64,000 nucleotides of DNA from NCBI RefSeq assembly GCF_009914755.1, contig NC_060933.1. The stretch is one strand, 5' to 3'. A program made the translations under genes and the position numbers. This DNA comes from the human T2T-CHM13v2.0 reference genome, Homo sapiens. The stretch's first letter is position 1. Each line of letters begins with the position of its first letter. Of the stretch, positions 1 through 16,012 are shown one piece after another. The notes under the pieces were generated by a model. The model had not been told where the DNA came from. It was given only the letters and a program-made list of their open reading frames with translations, and did not search any database.

Positions 1-329
1 CATAGAGTGAACTGAATAACCAAGGTACAAAGGGTACCCAGGTATGTGACCTACTTCAGACCAGTGGGATTGGGAGGGTGAGGAAAGATGTGAATTAGGC
101 CTTGGTGCTAAGATAAGCATCTCCCAAACAGTTCCACAAAGCAAGTTAATTTGTGGTTTCCATTTGATCAACACAGAGCTCTGGAGCACTTTCTGTGAGT
201 CAGGCAAAGAGTGTCAGCCCCTAGACAAAAATAAGATGAGGCATGTGTCCTTAAGGGCAAAACCAGGATTGCAATACAAAATGATCAGGGCAAACTGCTA
301 CTGAAATGTAGAGAAGAATCTACCTATTC

Positions 330-1500
330 ATGTTTTTAAAAACATTTATTGAGTACTAATTCTATTCCAGGCACTGTGTTAGTTTCTTTGAATGAAATTA
401 GTTGACAAAATAGCCACAGAACTTCCTCTCTGGAAGACAAGGCAGCCATTAATCAAAGAGTCACACTGTACTCATCAGGATCCTTGGTTGTAAAAATGAA
501 ACTAAGTCTGGTCAAGTTAAGAAGAAAAATAACTTGATGGAAGAGTATCAGATGGCTTACGGCATTCACAGAAATGTCAAAGAATCAGACTAAGGCAGGA
601 ACCAAAGAAGGCTATGCACAGCCAAGACTCTGCTGCAGGAACTAATACCTGCCCTGATGGGGACATGACTGTTGGACATTCACCACTGCCATCCCCGGAC
701 ACTTGCCACTGTGACACTGGACTCTCAACTCTGCCCAACCAAGAAAAATCTCTAATCAGCCCTGTGCTTTTGCAGCATTTCCTAAGACTTATTTGCTTGT
801 TCAGGCTAAGATCATGTGCCTGCCTGAATGTGGGAAGACGAAATGGCCTTCTTCCTCCTTGAGGTTTTGTAGTAGGAAGCAGGGTCTTAGTTAATTAGGT
901 GAAGAGGAGAGGAGAATGTTCCAAGCAGAGGAAACCACACGTTCCAAGTTCCTGTGGTGGAAGAGAACATGATATGTATACCAGGCACTGAAATAGGATG
1001 GACTATGCCACACCATAAAAGCCATGTTAGGGGGCTTTGACTTTATTCCAAGGGCAATGAGAAGCCATTGTGGGATGTTAAGTAGGGAGTGACATATTGA
1101 TCTGTGTGTCAAAAAGATTACTCTGCACTCTGGAGAACAAATTGGAAGTTACAAGAAATGAAATCAGAAAGATCAGGTACTTGGCTGCTCCAATGGTCCA
1201 GGGCAGAGGTTAAATGGTAGCTTTGACTAAATTGGTGGCAGTGGAAGTGGAGAGATGAGGACAGAGTCAAGAGCTATTTAGAAGGTACATAGGCCAGGAT
1301 GTGATGATAATCAGATATGGGAAGTGAGACAGCAGTGGATCTAGGGTGACACCTAAGGTTCTGACTTGCATAACTGGATGAAGGGTGATTCCAATCACTA
1401 GGATGGGGAAACTGGAAGAGGGCTAGCTTGGAGAGAAGAACCCAAGTTTTAGTATTAGCTCCATCTAATTTGAGATGGCTTGAGACATCCAAAAAACAAT
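330..1500 (-). mobile_element. L2 fragments interrupted by an old MaLR (MLT1-type) LTR at ~470-890
   Basis: L2-like text (catttattgagtacta...ccaggcactgtg; gccatgttagggggctttgactttattccaagggcaatgagaagccattg). MLT1-like start tgtactcatcaggatccttggttgtaaaaatgaaac. Confidence 0.6.
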
Positions 1501-1695
1501 GTCAACTAAGTGAGAACCTCAGCTTAAATGAGTTTACCAAAAATAAGTGGGGATGGCTCACAAAGTGCAAGTAAAATAAAAAATCATGGAGGTAGGTAAT
1601 CAGATACAGCCGGAGCCAAGAGTTGAAAGAATATTAATGTGACTCATTTCCTCTCCTCGTTGCTCTGAAAAAGCAGTATTAGTCCATTAAAATGA

Positions 1696-2099
<404 letters not shown>

Positions 2100-2104
2100 T
2101 TATC

Positions 2105-4170
2105 CTAGAAGTCAAATTATCCTTGTTTGTAGATGACATAATCATATATTTCGAAAAACCTAAAGATTTCACAAGAAAACCACTAGAAGTGATCAACAAA
2201 TTCAGTAAAGTTGCAGGATACAAAATCAACATACAAATATCAGTAGCAATTCTATATGCCAACGGTAAAGAATCTAAAACAGAAACAAAAAGTAATCCCA
2301 TTTACAATAGTCACATATAAAATTAAATACCTAGGAATTAACCAAAGAAGTGAAAGACTTCTAAAATAAAAACTACAAGACACTGATGAAAGAAATTGAA
2401 GAGGACACCAAAAACATTGAAAATATTTCATGTTCATGGATTGTTAAAATGTCCATACTACCCAAAAGCAATCGATAGATTAATGTAATTCCTATCAAAA
2501 TACCAATGACATTCTTCACAGAAATAGAAAACAAAATTCTAAAATTTATATGGAACCACAAAAGACCCAGAATAACCAAAGCTATCCTAAGCAAAGAGAG
2601 CAAAACTGGAGGAATCACATTACCTGACTTCAAATTATACTACAGAGCTATAGTAACCAAAACAGCGTGGTGCTGACATAAAAACAGACACATACACCAG
2701 TGGAACAGAATAGAGAACCCAGAAACAAATCCACACATCTACAGCAAACTCATTTTCAACAAAGTTGCCAAGAACATATGCTGGAAAAAAAGACAATCTC
2801 TTCAATAAGGGGTGCTGGGAAAACTGGATATCCATAGCAGAAGAAGGAAACTAGACCCCTATCTCTCACCATCTAAAAAAAAAATCAAAATGGATTAAAG
2901 CCTTAAATCTAAGACCTCATACTATGAAACTATTACACGGAAACATTGGGGAAAATCTCCAGAACTTTTGGTCTGGGCAAAAATTTCTTGAGCAATACCC
3001 CACAAGCACAGGCAACCAAAGCAAAAATGGACAAATGGGATCACATAAAGTTGAAAAGCTTCTGCACAGAAAAGGAAACAATCCACAAAGTGAAGAGACA
3101 ATCCACAGAATGTGAGAGAATATTTGCAAACCATCCATCTGACAACAACTCTATAGGAAAAAATCTAAATAATCTGATAAAAAGAATCAGGTAAAAGATT
3201 TGAATAGACATTTCTCAAAAGACATACAATGGCAAACAGGCATATGAAAAAGTGTTCAACATCATTGATCATCAGAGAAATGCAAATCAAAACAACAATG
3301 AGATATCATCTCACCCCAGTTAAAATGGCTTGTATCCAAAAGACACGCAATAACAAATGCTAGTGAAAATGTGGAAAAAAGGGAACCCTTATAAGCTATT
3401 GATGGGAATGTAAATTAGTACAACTACTATGGAGAACAGTGTGGAAGTTCCTCAAAAACCAAAAATAGAACTACCATACGCTCCAGCAAACTCACTGCTG
3501 GGTATATACCCACAAGAAAGGAAATCAGCATATTGAAGAGATATCTGCACTCGTATGTTTGTTGCAGCTTTTACAATAGCTAAGATTTGGAAGCAATCTA
3601 AATGTCCATCAACAGATGAATGGATAAGGAAAATGTGGTACATATCCACAATGAAGTCCTTGAGCCATAAAAAAGAATGAGAGCCTGTCATTTGCAACAA
3701 CATGGATGGAACTGGAGGTCATTATGTTAAGTGAAATAAGCTAGGAACAGAAAGATGAATATCTCATGAATATCTCACTTATTTGTGGGACCTAAAAATC
3801 AAAACAATTGAACTCAAGGACAGAGAGAGTAGAAGGATGGTTACCAGAGGCGGGGAAGGGTAGTGGGGGGGTGAGTGCTAAGGAGGAGATTAATGGGTAC
3901 AAAAAAGTTGGAAAGAATGCATAAGACCCAGTATTTGATAGCCCAACAGGGCGACTATAGTCAATAGCAACTTACTTGTACACGTTAAAACAACTAATAC
4001 AGTGTAATTGGATTGTTTGTAACACAAAGGATAAATACCTGAGGGGATGGATACTCCATTCTCCGTAATGTGGTTATTTCACAGTGTATGCCTGTATCAA
4101 AACATCTCATGTATCCCATAAATATGTACATCTACTATGTACCCACAAAAATTAAAAATTAAAAAAAAAT
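2105..4170 (+). mobile_element. 5'-truncated L1 (L1MA-type): ORF2 C-terminal remnant plus 3' UTR
   Basis: ORF2 peptides ([12 protein letters not shown]..., KMDKWDHIKLKSFCT) broken by frameshifts; L1MA-type 3' UTR; A-rich tail at ~4150-4170. Confidence 0.9.
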
Positions 4171-7100
4171 TTTTTAAAGATCCCAAGTTTGTGCCAGGCA
4201 CTTTATGTATACAAATACAGCAAATTTAGAATTATTGATATCATGTAGTGAAGAAGGAAACTCAGTCCTAAAATTTTGTTATCATGCTGAAAGTTTTGAA
4301 ATTATCAGCATGTTGTCTTATTCCTATTCAAATCAATTGTTTTCATTTCTCGATGATAATACTTTTATTATTATTATTATGTCAAGCAAGTGATCTCAGT
4401 TTCCCTGATATAAATATTTCAAAGGCAGTAATGACATGCCAGATAAAAGAATAAGGTTTGAGGGCAGCGAGTCCTGTGTTCAGATTCCATCAAATATTAA
4501 TCAGTTGTGTGAACTTACACACAAAACATATTTTAATTTTCTGAGCATCAGCTTTCTAGTTTTCAAAATAAGAATAATAAAAGTACTTACATCATAATTT
4601 TTAAGAAGATTAAGGGAGCTCTTGAACATTTAAAATAGGGAACATCAAATAGGTAGTTGGATATATGAGACTAGAATTTGGAAGAAAAATCTGTGTGGGT
4701 GATATAAATTTGTGGTCATATGCCTGTCAATAACGGAAGCCAAGTTGTGAATGGCACTACCTAGGAAAGAAGTATACAGAGATGAAAGGGCAAGGCCTGC
4801 AACTGAACACTGATTCCTTAATTGAGCTTCCTGAGCACATCAGAGTAGCAAATTTTGTGATGAAATTTGAAACTATGAGTGATTGTCTAGGTGGAGAAGG
4901 AAGGAAGGAGTATTTTGATGGTGACCAGCAGAAGAGGTCTAAGGCAACACAGAATATTCTGGGAGAGGTGGTGGCTAGGGTATAAGAACACTGCTGCTAA
5001 GGGAGATGGGAAGTAATTAAGACTCAGAAGCAAACAGAAGAGGAAGCTCCCCCAGGGAATTAAGAGTTATACAGTTGGATGTCTAAGGAAACAGAACAGC
5101 ATCTTTCTTGCGAGGACTGAGCCAGGCTACTGGTAGGAAGGGAACTCAAAGAGCGAACTCCAACACTTTTGGTTGGAGACCTTGAACCAATGTGCAGAAC
5201 AGACATGGCTTATGTCTGACATTGATGGGGGTGGGGTGGAAGCAGGCAGAGCAGGGGTATATTAAGTCTCTAGAAGATACATGGTCCTGGTACTGTCTTC
5301 ACTTCTACTTTTCTGCCACTATGGAAAGAGTAGTTGAAATTCTACAAGCTGAGAGATTTCATATCTACCCAGACCTTAAGACTTCCTCAATAAAGTTTGG
5401 CAGATGGCAAATACAGAGCATGATCAGACCTGTGGAAATCTACCCAAAAGCCAGATGTCACCTCCCCTGTGTCCTCTGATTCCCGCATCTGCTCACACTG
5501 CTCAGCCTCACTGCATCAACCTGGATGCAGAACTCAGCACCTCTCCTAGTCCTGCTGCTCTCCACCAAATCCAGCCACAGAAAAGCTTCAGTGAGCAATG
5601 TTAATTTCCCTGAAGACTCTGTGGGTCCTGGAGGAGAAGGAGGGGACAGGAAGGGTAGCTATATCATACAACCTGAAGAAAACAAGGTAAAAACTGACAT
5701 TCTATATTTGTACCTCCACAAATCCCTTCCTGGTTTATCCTCTCTAGGGATTTTTATCCCTGAATCCTCCCAGATTTCACTGCTTAATTCTCTCCCCTAG
5801 ATTCTTGATCATCCTACCCCCAACTCCTGCCTTCATTTTCATTTTTTTTCCTTCCCTTTCTTACGCAAGCAATTTAGCCACTTCCCTCAATTCATAAACT
5901 TACAGACCCCAGGACATCATGATGCTCTGCAAAACAAGATACTCTACAGTAACAAAATTCACCCTCCTAAAGAAGCAGTTGGGGTAACAAACAATAATTT
6001 GTTGATGTTTTGTATAACAATCTGAAAAAGTAAAATGATATTAGCCGTGCCACCTCAAGGAGCACCTAGTTTGTGCCAGGTGCTTTATACATATACAGGT
6101 ACAGCAAATTTAGGATTATTGATATCATTCATAAAGAAGAAAAGTCAGCTCAGAGAGATTAAATGTATAACCTGCCTAAAAACACAAACTCAAGGAGGTG
6201 GCCCAGGATCAAAGCCTAGTTTTAACACTAAAGCCCATGACCTTTCCTATGCTGCTATATATTTTCAAGAACAGTTTGCTGGCAAATAATTATTTAGCTT
6301 TAAGCCATAAATTACTCAACCTAAAGATCTACAGTGTTGTAAGAATGCAAAGTGAGCCTGAATTGAACAAAACAAAACAAAAAACAATATGTAGGGCTAT
6401 GAACAAGGGATGGGAGTGGAGGAGAGACTATGATTTTTGTGTACTTCGAATGTATCAGGTTCTGTGGTCCAGTATTTACATACTTTTTCTCTTTTACTCC
6501 TTCCAACAACCCTGTGAAGCAGAGATTGTTATGTTCATGTTAACCGTCTCTCTCTCCGTCTCTCCTCTGTGGCTCATTTGCAAGGTTGACATGACATCTA
6601 TTTTAATTTTGCTCAAGCTAAACTTATGCAGTGCTATGATATAAACTTCAGTTTCTCTGATCTACTGTAGTTCTTCTTGACCCTCTTCCTGGAAACTATT
6701 TATCACCCCTATGGAGAAAAACTTGAGGGCTGGCTGTTATTTTCTACTTACTTTTCTCTAGCCAGAAAATTTGTGAGAAGGAGGAAAGGTCATCAGGAGC
6801 TGCCTACAGTTGTTGCTAGCCTGGCTGGATTCTCTCTTGCAAGCCCCAGCAAATGTCCCTTACCAGGGCCAGTCTTCCCAGCATGGGACATTTTCTAACC
6901 CAAGGGCTTTGGTTGATCCCCCCATTCAGCAAGCACCCTGGAGAATGCCCGGCCCTGCCTACTCCTCTGCCTTAGCAAGGGTCTGCAGTGGCACGAAGAG
7001 TGGCTCCTACGCGTCAGTTTCCCCACCTCCTCGTGCCTCAATCCACTTCTTCCTCACATCAAGGCGAATTCAGAAAAAGTATCAGAATTTTGTTGACTCA

Positions 7101-7635
7101 CCTTTCCTCATTTCTCTTTCTGAAAAGCAAGTGTCATTACAAGGTTGAAAGCCGTACAGTTGAAAGTAAAACTGTATTACATGAAGTTTTGCCCTTTTTT
7201 CAATCTTGATCACTGATGAGAAATTTTTGGCCCTTTAAAATGCAGTCATTTTATTCATTTTGTTAGGTACTGGGGGAAAATGCTCTCTGATCTGACTTCC
7301 TTTACCTCAAACTTTCAGAACAACTTTCAAGCAGGTGGGCCACACTCAGAAAAACCAAAGCCTGAAATTCAGTGTCAGGGTAAAAATAACATTAAGGATG
7401 GGGTGAAAAACAGTGAGCCTTATTTCACATTGACTTTAGAGGCTGAATTACAGCTAGATAGGAGGAATAAGTTCTAGTGTTGAGATGGCTTCTAATTTTA
7501 TATTTACTTAAATCACATACTTATGTTTCCAAGAGCTTAAAAAAAAAAGGACAAGACACTTTGAAGTTTGTATCATTTCCAATACTAAAAATTCACTAAA
7601 GGTGAATCGTTGCAGGTTAAAAATCTCATATGCTA

Positions 7636-7914
7636 GGCCGGGCGCGGTGGCTCACGCCTGTAATCCCAGCACTTTGGAAGGCCGAGGCGGGCGGATCACG
7701 AGGCCAGGAGATTGAGACCATCCTGGGTAACACAGTGAAACGCCATCTCTACTAAAAATACAAAAAATTAGCCAGGCAAGGTGGCGGGCGCCTGTAGTCC
7801 CAGCTACTCGGGAGCCTGAGGCAGGAGAATGGCGTGAACCCCGGGGGGCGGAGCCTGCAGTGAGCCGAGATCGCGCCACGCACTCCAGCCTGGGCGACAG
7901 CGAGACTCTGTCTC

Positions 7915-7942
<28 letters not shown>
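7636..7942 (+). mobile_element. AluY (Ye-like)
   Basis: Full Alu with ccccggggggcggagcctgcag and gggcgacagcgagac variants, long pure A tail, imperfect TSD ctcatatg. Confidence 0.9.
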
Positions 7943-7945
<3 letters not shown>

Positions 7946-8789
7946 ATATGATAATAGACTTCAAAAACAACAACAAAAAAACCCAAAGCATCCTTATAAT
8001 GACACAAAATATTAGAGTGGCATTAAAATGTGTCCCAAATATATAATATCATTTTCAAAAGATGTCGCCGTCTAAAAGCAACTGAGCTGAACATCTCTGA
8101 CTTCACCATACTTTGCATTTATTTATCTTACAAAGTGAAACTAATTCTTTCATTACTTTTAGAGATTAATTCTGTGTGCTGACTTCAACAAGACGATGTT
8201 TTGCATTTGTGCTCAGCCACATTTTAAGCAACACCCTGAGAGAGTCAGTACTGTGTGCAGGGATTCAGCTGCACAGTTCACATCGAGATCAGCAAAAGGG
8301 TGGATAAATCCCTAGGTGCGGCTTTAATTTTGTTGCCAGGAAAAAAAAAAAACAAAAAACCCAACCAGTGTTCAGAGGCCATCAGGCTTAGCTTCTGCTC
8401 TGTGCCTCTGCGAAGTGCAATGCACAGGAAACAACACATCCTGGAGCCCCGACCCACTCTGAATTACAGCTGCCTGCCAGGCCCAGGAGGCTTGGTCCTA
8501 GGAGTCCAGCAACCAGGCTGTGCAGTGCGGCTGGGTCGAAAATTCCTGAGGGCTGATTATCTTCTTCTCAGCAGTTGGCAGGTGTGCGTCACCATCAGCT
8601 TAACTCTCCCTGTGTTCCCTGGATGACTCACAATGATCGCTTCCCATGTCACCTTAACCTAGTGAGCAAATTAGGAAGAGTTGTTTATTCATTTTAAACT
8701 ATGATAATCCCTTCTAGTCACAATAGCTAAAGTGGTCATATGGCCACTGGCCATCACTATTGATCTTCTGGTATGTGTTGGGTATAGTT

Positions 8790-8990
8790 ATGGAGGCAGA
8801 GTAGCAGTGGCCAAACACCTGTGTTCCGGGTTCAGGAACTGAAACCCTGGCTCCACCACTAACTATCTGCATGGCAGGGCAAGGTCCTTAACTTCATTAA
8901 ACCTCCGGTTCCTTATTCGTAAAATGAAGACAATAATGGCACCCATTGGGAGGACTTAAAAAGCTAATACTGTGTATAGGAAAATTCTTA
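8790..8990 (+). mobile_element. MIR
   Basis: MIR core-like sequence: cctggctccaccactaactatctgc...cctccggttccttattcgtaaaatgaagacaataatggcaccc. Confidence 0.7.
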
Positions 8991-9094
8991 GCCCCATGTT
9001 AACATTCTCACTGATGCAGCTGCTGAAGATGATTAACATCTATTTTATTTAAGAAAGTTGATACCAAAGGTTTACATTTATATATTTTCCTAAT

Positions 9095-9420
9095 TTAAAA
9101 AAATATTTTATATGACACATAATGATTTGTACATATTTATGGGGTGCATAGTGATGTTTCAACACATATGATGTATAGTGATAAGGTCAAGGTAATTAGC
9201 ATAGCCATCATGTCAAACATTTATCATTTCTTTGTGTTGGGAACATTCTATATCCTCCTGCTAGCTATTTGAAACTATAGAGTATATTATTGTTAACTAT
9301 CATCATCCTGTAGCGCTATATAACACTAGAACTCATTCCTTCTATCTAGCTGTAATTTTGTATTCTTCTACAAATCTATCCCTATGTCTCCCTTCCCTCT
9401 CCTTCCCAGCCTGTAGTACT
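9095..9420 (-). mobile_element. L1MA 3' end fragment
   Basis: tgtacatatttatggggtgcatagtgatgtttc...tctttgtgttgggaacattc is the reverse complement of an L1MA 3' UTR. Confidence 0.8.
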
Positions 9421-9744
9421 GAGTTGCTTTACCAGTGATTAGGAATATAATGAAGTACTTCTGAAACCAGATGCTTTTTATTTTCAAGCTTTAAGCATTT
9501 ATTTTCAATTGTACAAAACCATCTTGTTTCATGGATGAAGACAGAGAAATATAAGGCTTGCCTGAGATCACAAAGCTGACTAGAGGTAAAAATGCTACTA
9601 AAATTCTAGTGTCCTGATTTTCTTCCCAGGCTTTTTTGTCTCCATTGCCCTGCTTTTCCTTGTATGATCATATTCATCAGCGGAGACTCTCATATTCTAG
9701 CCATGTTCCTACAGAGCCATTCTAGATGTTAGTAATTTCACTTT

Positions 9745-10400
9745 TTGGCTGTTATAACAGAGAGCCTCAAAATAACACTGGGGCTAGCCTCAGTGGCTCA
9801 TGCCTGTAATCCCAGCCCTTTGAGAGGCCTAGGTGGGTGGATCACTTGAGGTCAGGAGTTCCAGACCAGCCTGGCCAAGATAGCAAAACCCCGTCTCTAC
9901 TAAAAATACAAAAAACTAGCTAGGCGAGATGGTGGGCAGGAGAATTGCTCAAACCCGGGAGGCGGAGGTTGCGGTGAGCTGAGATTGCAGCCACTGCACT
10001 CCAGCCTGGGCAACAGAGCAAAACTCTATCTCAAATAAATACAAAATAAATAAAAAATAACACTGGATTAAACAAGATACTTATCTCTCATGTTAAAATC
10101 CAGGTAAGCAATCCAGGGCTGGAATGGAGGCCCTGCAATCACCAGTTGCCCAAGCCTCCTGTGTCTTAATGCCCTGCCAATCTCAGCACCTAGTATCTGT
10201 TTTTGGTCTAAGGATGGCTACCCTCACTTCCACCTTCCCATCAGTGAGGATGTGGAAAGAGGTAAAAGCCTGGCTCCATTTAAGAGAACATGACATTTTT
10301 GCTCACATCCCATTCTTCTGAACTTAATCACATAGCTACATCTAGCTGCAAGGGAGGCTGGAAAATGGGACTCTTTGACTGCCCCCTGTGTAAGAAGGGG
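9745..10400. mobile_element. MLT1-type LTR interrupted by an AluS (9781-10058, +, internal deletion)
   Basis: Alu flanked by TSD aaaataacactgg; MLT1-like flanks (ggctgttataacagaga..., atagctacatctagctgcaagggaggctggaaaatg). Confidence 0.75.
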
Positions 10401-10639
10401 AGACTGGATACTGGAGTATAATTAATAGTTGTTGACACATGGACACCCTAAGCTTTAAGTAGTATGATATTTTTACAAAAATACTAGAGTTTTTAGAGTT
10501 TAATACAACAGCTAGAAGGTGTACATAGGTCCTAAGCATCAATGAAGGATCATTAATCCATTTCTCAGAATGTGATTCCAGACAGCAGCTTCCATCTGAG
10601 GGTCTACAAAGGTGGCATGGGGTTCTGCACATTATTACA

Positions 10640-11310
10640 AATATTTACCAAGCCAATGTATAAAAAGACAGGCAATAACAAATATTGACAAGGATGTAAA
10701 GAAACTGTAGCTCTTGTATTCTGCTGGCGGGAAAATGGTGCAGCCACTTTGTAAAACATTTTTCAGTTTCTTAAAATACTAAATAGAGTCACCATATGAC
10801 CCAACAATTCAGCCATTATTATCTACCCAAGATAAATGAAAATCTACATTCACATGAAGATTTGTATATGAATATTCCTGAGAACATTAGCCATAATATC
10901 CAAAAAATGGAAATAACCCAAATGTTTTAACTGGTGAATGGATAAGAAAAATGTGGTATATCCATACAACAGAACACTATTCCAGTCATAAAAAGGAACA
11001 AAGTATTGACACATGCTTCAACATGAATGCATGTCAAATACATTAAGTGAAAGAAGACATAAACAAAAGACCATGGTTCCATTCATATGAATATAAATAT
11101 ATGAAATATCCATCACAGACACATCAATAGAAACAGAAAGCAGATCAGTGGTTTTGTGTGGCGGGGGTTGGGGGTGGTGCTGAAGGTGGAAATAGGAAGT
11201 GACTGCAAATGGGAATGAGGTTATTTTGGGGGTGAAGGAAATGTTCTAAAATTCCATTGCAGTAATGATTGCAAAACTCTTTAAACTTACTAAGAATTAT
11301 TAAATTATAC
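10640..11310 (+). mobile_element. Old L1 (L1MB/ME-type) 3' end, followed by an Alu left monomer (11315-11440, -)
   Basis: L1 3' motifs (aaaatggtgcagccactttg..., aaatgtggtatatccatacaac..., gtgactgcaaatggg...aaatgttctaaaatt). Confidence 0.75.
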
Positions 11311-12249
11311 ACTTTTATTTTTAGAGATGAGGTCTTGCTACATTGTTCAGGCTGCTCTCGAACTCCTGGCCTGAAGTGATTCTCCTGCCTTGGCCTCCCA
11401 AAGCTCTGGGATTACAGGCATAAGCCACCATACCCGGCCTGTTTTTAATTTTCTTTGCAGCCTTAGGAAATCTAGAATTCAAGGACACACCATGATTAGT
11501 TGCTGGGGATATTAAGTGGTTAAAAAAGCTGTGGCCTGCGCAGTGCTCAGGGATGGGAACAGGTGAACCAGGAGAGTGGCAACAAGCAATGGTAAGAGAA
11601 AACCCAGAGCAGAGTAATCACGCTGGACCCTTGCTGGGAGAACTAACCTTAAGGGGTGTGGAGGAGAGGACTCAAGTAGATAACAAAAACAGCACTCAGA
11701 GATATTCCCCAGTTCCCTGTGGTCCAGCTCAATCTTCTACAGTTTTCATGAGACTATACCACGCTGTGAGAATTGATATTCCTAATCATTCATTAATTCT
11801 TCACATATGCATCCACAAAGATTTCTTGAACCTCCTATTGCCAGGAGTAAGGATGTTCCTAAGAGCCCAAACCTGGTTTCTCGTTCTACCTCAGCTGCTT
11901 GTTCGAGTACAGGTCTCATCTCAGTATAAGTTTCTTCTTTCTTTTTTTTTGAATTTCAAAGAGCCTATATCTTCATGAATTTCATGAAAAAAAATTAAAT
12001 AAACATGAGGTCTAAAATTTGCTTCTTGTGCCTGCAATAAATCTTTCCAGGAAGAACTACCTTCCCAGGTTTTTTTATCCTTTTGTTTTCCTTCCTTAAT
12101 ATTACAAAGTCCTTTCTGAGGTCATAAACCTAGCAACAATATACAACTTTAGACTTAAATGTGAAAAAACATTAAATGACCATAATTGACTCAGGATGAA
12201 GTGATCTAATCTGAATACCAATAATAAATTTTAAAAAATTTTTTCTTTA

Positions 12250-12792
12250 TTCCTTCTAAAAAAAGAAAAACAGGATACATGTGCAGAACATACAGGTTTG
12301 TACATAGGTATATGTGTGCCATGGTGGTTGGCTGCACCTATTGATCCATTCTCTAAGTTCCCTTCCCTCACTCCCCACCCTGCAAGCAGCCCTGGTGTGT
12401 GTTGTTCTCCTCTCTGTGTCCATGTGTTCTCAGTGTTCAGCTCCTACTTATGAGTGAGAACAAGCAGTGTTTGGTTTTCTGTGCCTGTGTTAGTTTGCTG
12501 AGGATGATGGTTTCCAGCTTCATCTATGTCCCTGCAAAGGACATGATCTCATTCCTTTTTATGGCTGCATAGTATTCCATGGTGTATATGTACCACATTT
12601 TCTCTATCCAGTCTATCATTGATGGACATTTGGGTTGGTTCCATGTCTTTGCTATTGTGAATAGTGCTGCAATAAACATATATGTGCATGTGTTTTTATA
12701 GCAGCATGACTTATAATCCTTTGGGTATATACTCAATAATGGGATTGCTGGGTCAAATGGTATTTCTGGTTCTAGATCCTTGAGGAATTGCC
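12250..12792 (-). mobile_element. L1PA 3' end fragment
   Basis: ORF2 C-terminus [18 protein letters not shown]...WYIYTMEYYAAIK plus a primate L1 3' UTR. Confidence 0.9.
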
Positions 12793-13088
12793 CCTCCAAT
12801 AATAAATTTTTTAAAAATCATAGAATTCACTCCAAAGAAATCTAACCCAGGTAGCTTTGTGGGCGAGCCTTTTTAAATATTAAAAACACATATGATTCTC
12901 CCTCTATAAACTCCTTCAAAGTTAAAATGGAAAACCTACCTAATTATAGACAAGAAACCAAACAAACAAAACAAAACCAAAACCTAAAAATACCTTGGTA
13001 CCAAAACTTAAAACAACAGCAACAACTATAAACCAATCTTATGTGTCAATACAGATGCAAAAACCTTGGGTAAACTACTTACAAATTA

Positions 13089-13400
13089 GGCTGGGTGCAG
13101 TGGCTCTGTAATTCCAACACTTTCGGAACCTGATGCAAGAGGATTGCTCGAAGCCAGGAGTTCAAGAACAGTCTGGCCAACATCGCAAGACCCCATCTGT
13201 AAAAAAAATTTAAAAATTAGCCGTGAGTGAGGGAGAGCTGGGCACAGTGGTGTACACCTGTAGACTCAGCTACTCAGAAGGCCAAGGTAGGAGGACTGCT
13301 TAAGCCCAGGAGTTCAAGGCTTCAGTGAGCTATGATAGCACCACTGCACTCCAGCCTGGGTGACAGAGCGAGACGACATCTCTAATAAATAAAAAACAAG
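13089..13400 (+). mobile_element. AluJ
   Basis: Diverged dimeric Alu with J-type gcccagggagttcaaggcttcagtgagctatgat. Confidence 0.85.
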
Positions 13401-13531
13401 AGAGAAAAAAAATTACAAATTAAATTAAATAACATATTTAGGGACTTTCCACCATGTTCAAGTAGAATTTCCTCAAAAAATATGAAGATTTTTTTTTTTT
13501 TTTTTTTTTTTTAGTATTCAGAAATATACTA

Positions 13532-13832
<301 letters not shown>

Positions 13833-13896
13833 AGAGAGAGAGAAAGGAAAAGAATATCCTAATATCGACATTTGTGACAGACTAAAGATGAGGACA

Positions 13897-14990
<1,094 letters not shown>

Positions 14991-15709
14991 ACACCCCAAC
15001 AGCATGTGAACTGACAATTTACTCAAAAAAGAAAATGTCTAATTTATATATACAAATCTTCAACCTTGCTAGCACGCAGAGGGAAACTGACATTCCTATA
15101 CTAGTGATGGGTGCAGAGTTTGTGCAACCTTTCTGAAAGTTAATTTAATCCACAAATTTCATTTCTAGGCATTTCTCCTAAGGAAATAATTCAGGAAGGG
15201 CACATATGATCTAGGAAAGATATTTTCTGTAGAGTATATAAGATAGAGAAAAATTGGTAACTGAGGTCAGAACTGTGGGAGATTTTCACTTTCTGCCTTA
15301 CATTTCTTTTTTCCCCCTTATCATGTGTTACTTTTATTAAAAAAAAAAAAAGACATTATTTAAAAGGAGCTCTTTACATGGTTCGGCCTAACTGGAGTTC
15401 TGCTCTGGGGCTTGGGACCCACCCTCAGAGTGATAAAAACTCCCCATTAACCTGGCTGGTCCTCTGTGTATATAAGCCATTTTCTCCTGGGACCCTGTGG
15501 GAACAGGTATTTGGTAGCAGCTAGAATTCACATGCTCAGGATTCGATGTCCTAGCCATCTGCCTCTCAAGTTATAAATATCTATTGGCACTTGGAGATAT
15601 AACTATGTATGTATACATACAATTTAAAGTTGGAATTTGTAAACAGAATAATTTTACACTTCTTAGGCAGCCCTGGAATCAACCACATAATACAGAGACC
15701 TTTCTCTCT

Positions 15710-16012
15710 TTTTTTTTTTTCTTCTCTTTTTTTTCTGAGATAGGGTCTTGCTCTGTCACCCAGGCTGGAATATAGTCACATGATCATAATTCACTGCAGT
15801 CTCCAACTCCTAGGCTCAACTGATCCTCCTGCCTCAGCCTCCCAAGCAGCTGAGACTACAGCCACGTGCCACCATGCTGGCTAATTTTTTGATTTTTTTG
15901 AGACAGGGTCTTGTTATGTTGCCCAGGCTGGTCTCGAACTCCTGGCCTCAGGCAATCCTCCTGCCTCAGCCTCCCAAATGCTGGGATTACAGGCATGAGC
16001 CACTGCATCAGG
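15710..16012 (-). mobile_element. AluJ
   Basis: Reverse Alu with TSD-like agacctttct. Confidence 0.88.

Noticed and set aside
6198-7209. 148-aa and 112-aa ORFs
   Set aside because: Non-ATG starts, MIR-derived or low-complexity content, no homology or exon structure recognised.
8250-8660. Moderately GC-rich unique segment with AP-1 (TGACTCA 8624-8630) and E-box motifs as an enhancer
   Set aside because: Such short motifs occur often by chance; unsupported without chromatin data.
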